From NCBI GenBank assembly GCA_965262715.1, contig OZ253553.1, forward strand, positions 1,760,001 to 1,824,000: 64,000 bases of DNA, given 5' to 3'. Of the stretch, positions 58,226 through 64,000 are shown one piece after another. The number at the start of each line of letters is the position of its first letter. The first letter of the stretch is position 1. Position numbers and translations under genes: made by a program. Source of the stretch: Bdellovibrionales bacterium (GTDB lineage Bacteria > Bdellovibrionota > Bdellovibrionia > Bdellovibrionales > JAUICD01). The notes beneath the pieces were generated by a model. That model was not told the origin of the DNA, searched no databases, and saw nothing but the letters and a program-made list of their open reading frames with translations.

Positions 58226-60181
58226 CCTGAGTTTGACACTTAATTTGAATTTTCGTGATATTTTTTTCAAGGAATGTTGTATTTATAGTCATTAGCGGTT
58301 ATTGTGTTTGTATTTTGGTCAAAAAGTGTAGTGTACTTATTTATCATACACTACGCGTCATATACCTTATTTTCTTTTATTTTTTATATTTTTCTTGTAA
58401 TGTATTTTTATGTTCATAAGGTCTACAAGAAATCCGAGAGGAGACATATATTATCATCTTGTTGAGAGCTACAGATTAGGTTCTCAAGTGAAGCAAAGGA
58501 TTCTAATGTCTTTAGGTAAAGCCGCGGATAAGGAAGTTAACTTGAAGAAGCTTCTAGAAGTATTATCTAAAGAGTTAGAGATAATTCCTGCTAGTAAGTT
58601 ATTAAAAGAGATTGATGTTAAAGACACTTTTATATTAGGTCCCTTACTTATAATAGATGCTATTTTCAAACAATTAAATCTCTATGAATTATTAACAGAT
58701 TTAAAACAAAAGCACCCTAAAGTACAATTTGATTTTGTTAAGATTATTTTTACATTGGTTATAAGCCGTTTTGTAGAGCCATGTTCTAAGCTTAAAGTAT
58801 TTTCACACTGGCAGAAGTTATTTTACCCTGATTTTTTAGAAGAGGAGCTTCATCTTCAAGACATTTATCGTTCTTTAGATATTCTAAGTAAGCATAAGGA
58901 AGATATAGAGAAGACTCTTTATACACAAGGTAAGTCTCAGTTAAGTTTTTTCAATGAGTGTGATGTTATTTTGTATGATTTAACGACATTGAGATTTGAG
59001 AGTACCCGAGAGGATTTAGATAATCTTCGAAGATTTGGTTATAGCAAAGAGAAGAGGAGTGATTGTACCCAGGTGGTATTTGGACTTTTAGTAGATAGAG
59101 AAGGTATGCCCTTAGGCTTTGATGTTTATCCTGGAAATACCTTTGAAGGTAAAACCATACCTTCAGTTATGGAGAAACTAAAAAAGAAGTTTAAGATCAG
59201 AAGATTTATATTAGTAGGAGATAGAGGTTTATTTTCTAATGAGAATTTACAATCTGTAAAAGCAAAGGGAGATGAATTTATAGTAGGATTAAAGCTAGGT
59301 TTATTAAAGGATCGTCATTCAGAGATATACAATTTAAAGAATTTTAAATTTATAAATGAAGATTTAGCTATATACGAGACGAGTTATAATGATAATCGTT
59401 GTATAATTACCTGGTCAAGAAAGAGAGCAGAACGAGATAAGAAAGTAAGAGAAGATATTCTATCTAAGTTAGAAGATAAGCTTTCAAAATCGTCATCAAG
59501 CACAAAGGATTTTGTATCTAATAGCAATTATAAGAAGTATATTATTCATCCTAAGAGTAAAGGCAAGCCTACTTTAAATAAGTCAGCCATAGAACAATCA
59601 GAGAGGACAGATGGTTTTTTTGGAATCATTACAAATACAGATAGTTTAAGTTCTGAAGAGATTATAACGAACTATAAGCAATTATGGAAGGTAGAGAATT
59701 CATTTAGAGAATTGAAAGGTACATTAAAGACACGTCCTATGTTCCACTGGACAGATAAGAGGATCTTAGGACATTTAGTTGTGTGTTTTTTATCTTACTT
59801 ATGTGAGGCTTATTTTTCAAAGAAGTTACATCAGAGAAACATCACATTAAAAGATAAAGCAATTACAGACAAGAGAATAAAGTCAAGGCCATTGAGTGTG
59901 GCAGAAGCTATGTCAAAGCTGAAAGAAGTACGAGCTATACCTGTGAGGGTAAAGGATAAGACACTTTGGATCAGAACAGATATTAACGGTAACAATGCTG
60001 ATGTATTTAAAGCTATAGGAGCAAAGATCCCATCAAAACAACTTAAAGTAGAATCTACTTAGACCTACAAACAATCTCTTAAATCTCTACCACAAAATCA
60101 AAATGTAGTGGTACAAAATCACACATCCACTGTAACTAACTAAAATAACTTAACTTTATTTTCGCAACTGTCAAACTCAGG
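58226..60181 (+). mobile_element. IS1634-family insertion sequence
   Basis: 13-bp perfect TIR CCTGAGTTTGACA / TGTCAAACTCAGG; long flanking direct repeats. Confidence 0.92.
58410..60062 (+). CDS. IS1634-family transposase
   Basis: YYHLVESYR..VKQR, LYDLTT, GYSKEKR.D..Q, PGNTFE, VGDRG, YKQLWKVE.SFR, RPMFH. Confidence 0.94.
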   Translation: MFIRSTRNPRGDIYYHLVESYRLGSQVKQRILMSLGKAADKEVNLKKLLEVLSKELEIIPASKLLKEIDVKDTFILGPLLIIDAIFKQLNLYELLTDLKQKHPKVQFDFVKIIFTLVISRFVEPCSKLKVFSHWQKLFYPDFLEEELHLQDIYRSLDILSKHKEDIEKTLYTQGKSQLSFFNECDVILYDLTTLRFESTREDLDNLRRFGYSKEKRSDCTQVVFGLLVDREGMPLGFDVYPGNTFEGKTIPSVMEKLKKKFKIRRFILVGDRGLFSNENLQSVKAKGDEFIVGLKLGLLKDRHSEIYNLKNFKFINEDLAIYETSYNDNRCIITWSRKRAERDKKVREDILSKLEDKLSKSSSSTKDFVSNSNYKKYIIHPKSKGKPTLNKSAIEQSERTDGFFGIITNTDSLSSEEIITNYKQLWKVENSFRELKGTLKTRPMFHWTDKRILGHLVVCFLSYLCEAYFSKKLHQRNITLKDKAITDKRIKSRPLSVAEAMSKLKEVRAIPVRVKDKTLWIRTDINGNNADVFKAIGAKIPSKQLKVEST

Positions 60182-60352
60182 AGAAATAGAGAGAGAAATA
60201 AAACGATTTCCTTAACATGTTGTTAAAAAATGAGGGGAGTCTTCCTCCTAAAAATGAACAGATTTTTGAGACAGTCAGCATTTTCTTGAAGACATAAGTC
60301 TTCAGGCTGACTGTCCAAAAACAGCCAGAGGCTGGTTCATTTTTAGGGAAAC
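60182..60352. repeat. Right 118-bp direct repeat continuing into a complete family A element
   Basis: CCTAAAAATGAAC...GACAGTCAGC loop GCTGACTGTC...GTTCATTTTTAGGGAAACA. Confidence 0.88.
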
Positions 60353-60355
60353 ATA

Positions 60356-61438
60356 TCAATTACATTTTTCTTGATCGTATCTACAAATTCCAAAGCGATC
60401 TATCTCTGCTATATAAACTAGAGCTAATTTGGCAAAATTGACAGAGTGTTCAGCATTACCACCTGATTCTTCAAAAGTATCTGTGACTTTATGCATGTGA
60501 GAAGTAACTTCATGCACCCTTGCTTCTACCAACATGGAAACAGGAAATCCTGCATTATGCCAAGAAGCATGATCTGAACATTCATAGCCACATTCATCAT
60601 ATTCCCATTTTATTTCTGGAAGATAAGTCTGAATAAGTTGCTCTAAAAATGCATTTTGTCCAGAGTTCGTATAATCAGAAATCATGACAAGGTCAAGGTC
60701 CTCAGAGCCTCTAAAGTTTGTCAGATCAAAATTAAGAACACCAACAATTTTTTGATCATCTTCTACAAAAGATTTAGCAATATGCTCTGATCCTTTCTGG
60801 CCTATCTCTTCTGCTGCATACGCCATGAACATAATGGTTCTTGTAGGACGATAATTGTGGAGCATTAAAACTCTAAGAATTTCTGTAATGACTGCTATTC
60901 CAGAAGCATTGTCATCCACTCCTGGTGAGCTTGTTATTGGGTCTAGATTCATATTTCCTATAATAGTTTTAATAATGCTTATTCTAGAAGCATTGTCATC
61001 GCCATCCTCTTGTGCCTCTTCTTGCTGGTTTTCCTCATTAAGAAGCTTCTCAATAACCTCTTTCTCTGGGTACATAATAGAATCAGCATGAGCTCCTAGC
61101 ACAATTTTTTCTTCTGGGATAGTACTACCTTCAATAGTGAGGATTAAAGAAGGCATAGGACTGAACTCTGGATGATCAAAAAACTCTATACGAACATCAT
61201 TCCTATTTTGTGTTATCTCTTCCCATTTAGATTTTAACCATTCCTGTGCTTTAATGGCCTCTAGGCTTCTATAATACCTTGTAAATCCCGAAAAAGATTT
61301 CATGGTATCTTCTATCTCTAGAGCATCTACACTCTCTAACATTCTAGTGATTGGAGGTTTTTGGTCACCTTGACTGCAACCGGTTATAAAAAGTACCCAT
61401 ATTGAGCTTAAAACGACATTTTTCATATTAACGTCCAA
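60356..61438 (-). CDS. M28-family zinc aminopeptidase, lipoprotein
   Basis: FITGC lipobox, LGAHADS, PGVDDNASG, YAAEEIG, CSDHASW. Confidence 0.9.
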   Translation of the reverse strand: MDVNMKNVVLSSIWVLFITGCSQGDQKPPITRMLESVDALEIEDTMKSFSGFTRYYRSLEAIKAQEWLKSKWEEITQNRNDVRIEFFDHPEFSPMPSLILTIEGSTIPEEKIVLGAHADSIMYPEKEVIEKLLNEENQQEEAQEDGDDNASRISIIKTIIGNMNLDPITSSPGVDDNASGIAVITEILRVLMLHNYRPTRTIMFMAYAAEEIGQKGSEHIAKSFVEDDQKIVGVLNFDLTNFRGSEDLDLVMISDYTNSGQNAFLEQLIQTYLPEIKWEYDECGYECSDHASWHNAGFPVSMLVEARVHEVTSHMHKVTDTFEESGGNAEHSVNFAKLALVYIAEIDRFGICRYDQEKCN

Positions 61439-61628
61439 TAAATAACTAAAAAACGTAATTAGAATGTATCAATAGCATAACACGTCACCATAAGTCTATA
61501 CTCTTTGTAAAACTTTCATAACTCTTTGTAAAGTTTTCATACCTTACTATCTCTACCCTCTATTAAAACTTAAAGAGCAAAATAATGTTTTAGGCAGCGC
61601 AACGAGTGAAACCTCTCTTTTGACCAAC

Positions 61629-61985
61629 TTATAAGTCAGATTTTTCAATTAAGTTATGTCCTGTCATCTCTTTTGGGACAGGTAAGTTAAGAAGGGTTAA
61701 GAGAGTAGGTGCAATATCAGAAAGTTTTCCATTAGAAAGCCTGTAAGGTGTTTGATCAGATCGAGATATCCATATCAGAGGGACAGGATTTGTCGTGTGT
61801 TGAGTTAAAACCTGAGATGTCTTAGGACAGATCATCTCCTCACAGTTGCCATGATCAGATGTGATAAAAATTTCATGATTTGATTTTTCTGCCTGAGATG
61901 CAATACGGCCTAAACATTCATCAATCACTTCTATAGCTTTAATAGCTGCTTTTTCATTGCCCGTGTGGCCTACCATATCTCCGTT
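61629..61985 (-). pseudogene. gpmI: C-terminal fragment of 2,3-bisphosphoglycerate-independent phosphoglycerate mutase
   Basis: NGDMVGHTG, ITSDHGNCE, TQHTTNPVP, LSDIAPT..L..P.EMTG; the N-terminal portion is absent. Confidence 0.9.
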
Positions 61986-64000
61986 TTATGTAGATGTAAT
62001 AGCAAGCCAGCAAATTAATTTAATATCCTCTTCTAAAATAGAAGGTAATGGCTGTGGTGAACCTGCAGGCTCTAATCCAGTCTCAATAATCCAATTAATA
62101 AGCTTTTTAGATTTTTCTATTCCTTTATTCTCAATACGAAATTGTTCTCTTAGAAGAATCTCATCTCTTCTTGGCCATGGAGATTCCACAATATCAAGAG
62201 CTCTGTTTATTTTTTCTTCATCTATATCAATAGGTTTAAAAGACCGGATGAATTGTGCCACATCTCTATTGAGTTTTCTTATTTTTGGCTGTAAATTAGC
62301 AGGATCGGTTTCAAAGTTCCATGATTCTAAGATATCTGCTTTGGCTATATCCCAAAAGTTATAAACTGATTTTCGAGCTTCTTCTGGTAAGACAATATCG
62401 GTTTCTTTTTCAGATTCAATAAGACGAAGGCAAGTTGCAACTTCCTTAATAATCTGTTTGTTTTTCTGTGGACCCCATTGATGATCTGAAGGAACAAATC
62501 TTAAGTAGGTTCTTTTTTCACCAATTGTAGCACAAAAGAATATTCCTTGTTCTTTCCCTTTTTTCATCCCAGAAAATGATTTCCATGGGAGATTAATAAT
62601 TTTTTTCTTATTTTCTTCAAGAGCCTTTCTTAATGTTTGACGATACTCCTCCCCTGTTTGTACAGAACTAACTGTTCCACCTCTTTCAAACAGAATTGGA
62701 TTTTCCTTTAGAAGTTGATTGATTTCTTCTCTTGTTTCACTAAAGACTTGTTTCCCCTCTTGCCCCTCTTCTATAGGAGAAGTAACTCCAATGCTTCTTG
62801 CAGCCAAAGCTAGTTTATTTAAAATACGTTGTTTTAAATCCAATAAGGCATCCAATCTATCTGTAGGGAAAACTGTTCTTAGGAAGACCTCTGTATGCTG
62901 ACTTCCAATTCTGTCAATTCTTCCATGACGTTGAACAAGCCTCATAGGATTCCAAGGCAAATCATAATTAATGATATGACAACATTGCTGTAAGTTGACT
63001 CCTTCTGCTAAAACATCAGTAGTAATTAAAATATCATAGTCGTCAGAATGATGGGATTGCATAGACTCAGGAGCAAATCCATTAACTGCTGACTTTGTAT
63101 AATCAGATCCTGTAATGGTTGCTATCCTTTCCTGATAATGTTTAAGTTCTAGATCCTTTTTAATCTCATCGTTAAGAAAATTAAAAATCCATTCCACTGT
63201 ATCGGAAAAAAAGGAAAATATTAAGACTTTTCTTTTGTTTTTTTCTTCATTTGCATAACCTTCCTTTTCGGACTGTTTTAATATAAATTTTAATTCCCTC
63301 ATAATGGCTTTGAGTTTTTGATCTTTATCTTTGGTGACTTGATCTGCTTCTTCTTTCAATCTTTTAAGGGTTTTTAAATCTTGAATGACATCATCCTTCA
63401 TTTTTTCAACATCATATCTACTTGTTGTGTCTGTGTCTTCATATTTTTGTAAAAGGTCTTCAAACGCCGTTTCATCATCACCTGATAATTCTTGCAGAAA
63501 TTTTGTTGAAATGACTTTTTCCTTATCTAAGGCCTTTAAAAAAAGTTCATGTTGCTTGATCATTCTTTGCAAGCTTTTTGAAAAAGCGTAAGCAGATGAT
63601 TCAAATCGTTTTAACAGGTTAGAACGCAACAAACCAGAAATCCCTTCTGCCAAGTAGTTTTGTTCCTCTGCTTCTGGTTGTTTTAAATAAATTTTAGGTG
63701 TGTATCTAGAAAATTTAATTTTTTGAGAACTATCAGGATCAAGAGCTTTTTCAATATGATCAAAAGAGAGAACTTCATTTATTTTATAACGAACAGTAAT
63801 GGCTTTTGGACGAGGAAAAACAATTTTTTTAGAAGAACCGTCAGAATCTTTTATGGTATCATTGGCATAATGATGCTGTATAAATTGACGAGTTCTTTTG
63901 ACAGTGGTGGCATCAATTACAGGAAAAAGCTTATCAGGACTTAGATCAGAAGGATTTTCACACATAGCTTCATGAAAAACTTCTTTGATAGATAAAATGC
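61986..64000 (-). CDS. SF2 (SNF2-like) helicase, C-terminal part; runs off the window
   Basis: VKRTR, LLKRFESS, KVLIFSFFSDT, TDVLAEGVNLQ, NYDLPWNPMRLVQRHGRIDRIGS. Confidence 0.85.
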   Translation of the reverse strand, partial: ILSIKEVFHEAMCENPSDLSPDKLFPVIDATTVKRTRQFIQHHYANDTIKDSDGSSKKIVFPRPKAITVRYKINEVLSFDHIEKALDPDSSQKIKFSRYTPKIYLKQPEAEEQNYLAEGISGLLRSNLLKRFESSAYAFSKSLQRMIKQHELFLKALDKEKVISTKFLQELSGDDETAFEDLLQKYEDTDTTSRYDVEKMKDDVIQDLKTLKRLKEEADQVTKDKDQKLKAIMRELKFILKQSEKEGYANEEKNKRKVLIFSFFSDTVEWIFNFLNDEIKKDLELKHYQERIATITGSDYTKSAVNGFAPESMQSHHSDDYDILITTDVLAEGVNLQQCCHIINYDLPWNPMRLVQRHGRIDRIGSQHTEVFLRTVFPTDRLDALLDLKQRILNKLALAARSIGVTSPIEEGQEGKQVFSETREEINQLLKENPILFERGGTVSSVQTGEEYRQTLRKALEENKKKIINLPWKSFSGMKKGKEQGIFFCATIGEKRTYLRFVPSDHQWGPQKNKQIIKEVATCLRLIESEKETDIVLPEEARKSVYNFWDIAKADILESWNFETDPANLQPKIRKLNRDVAQFIRSFKPIDIDEEKINRALDIVESPWPRRDEILLREQFRIENKGIEKSKKLINWIIETGLEPAGSPQPLPSILEEDIKLICWLAITST

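Noticed and set aside
61957..63944. Plus-strand ORFs antisense to the helicase, and similar short antisense ORFs elsewhere
   Set aside because: They overlap well-supported genes on the opposite strand and have no motifs

Overview
AT-rich bacterial chromosome segment, most likely Bdellovibrionota (inferred from gene content and order). The housekeeping backbone is tRNA-Leu, gcvH, tsaD-rsmA, prfA, fabI-comF-lolA, prs-rplY-pth, a Kef antiporter, HU, smpB, glmM, aceE, thiI and a stand-alone 5S rRNA. Accessory genes include a type III R-M system, HipA modules, two ATPase-nuclease pairs (one RloA/RloB-like), secreted metallopeptidases, an ankyrin protein, a giant pilin-like Cys-rich protein, an IS903-group IS5 element, an IS1634 element and a group II intron remnant. 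The most striking unexplained structure is non-coding: at least five families of short inverted-repeat elements nest inside one another, two of them with compensatory base changes. Several supply gene stop codons, and one sits at the 3' end of the 5S rRNA gene as four identical 236-bp units. Two local duplications (kinase-5S-ATPase; gpmI end-M28-ankyrin) have junctions readable in the sequence. All calls come from reading the sequence; no database searches were run.
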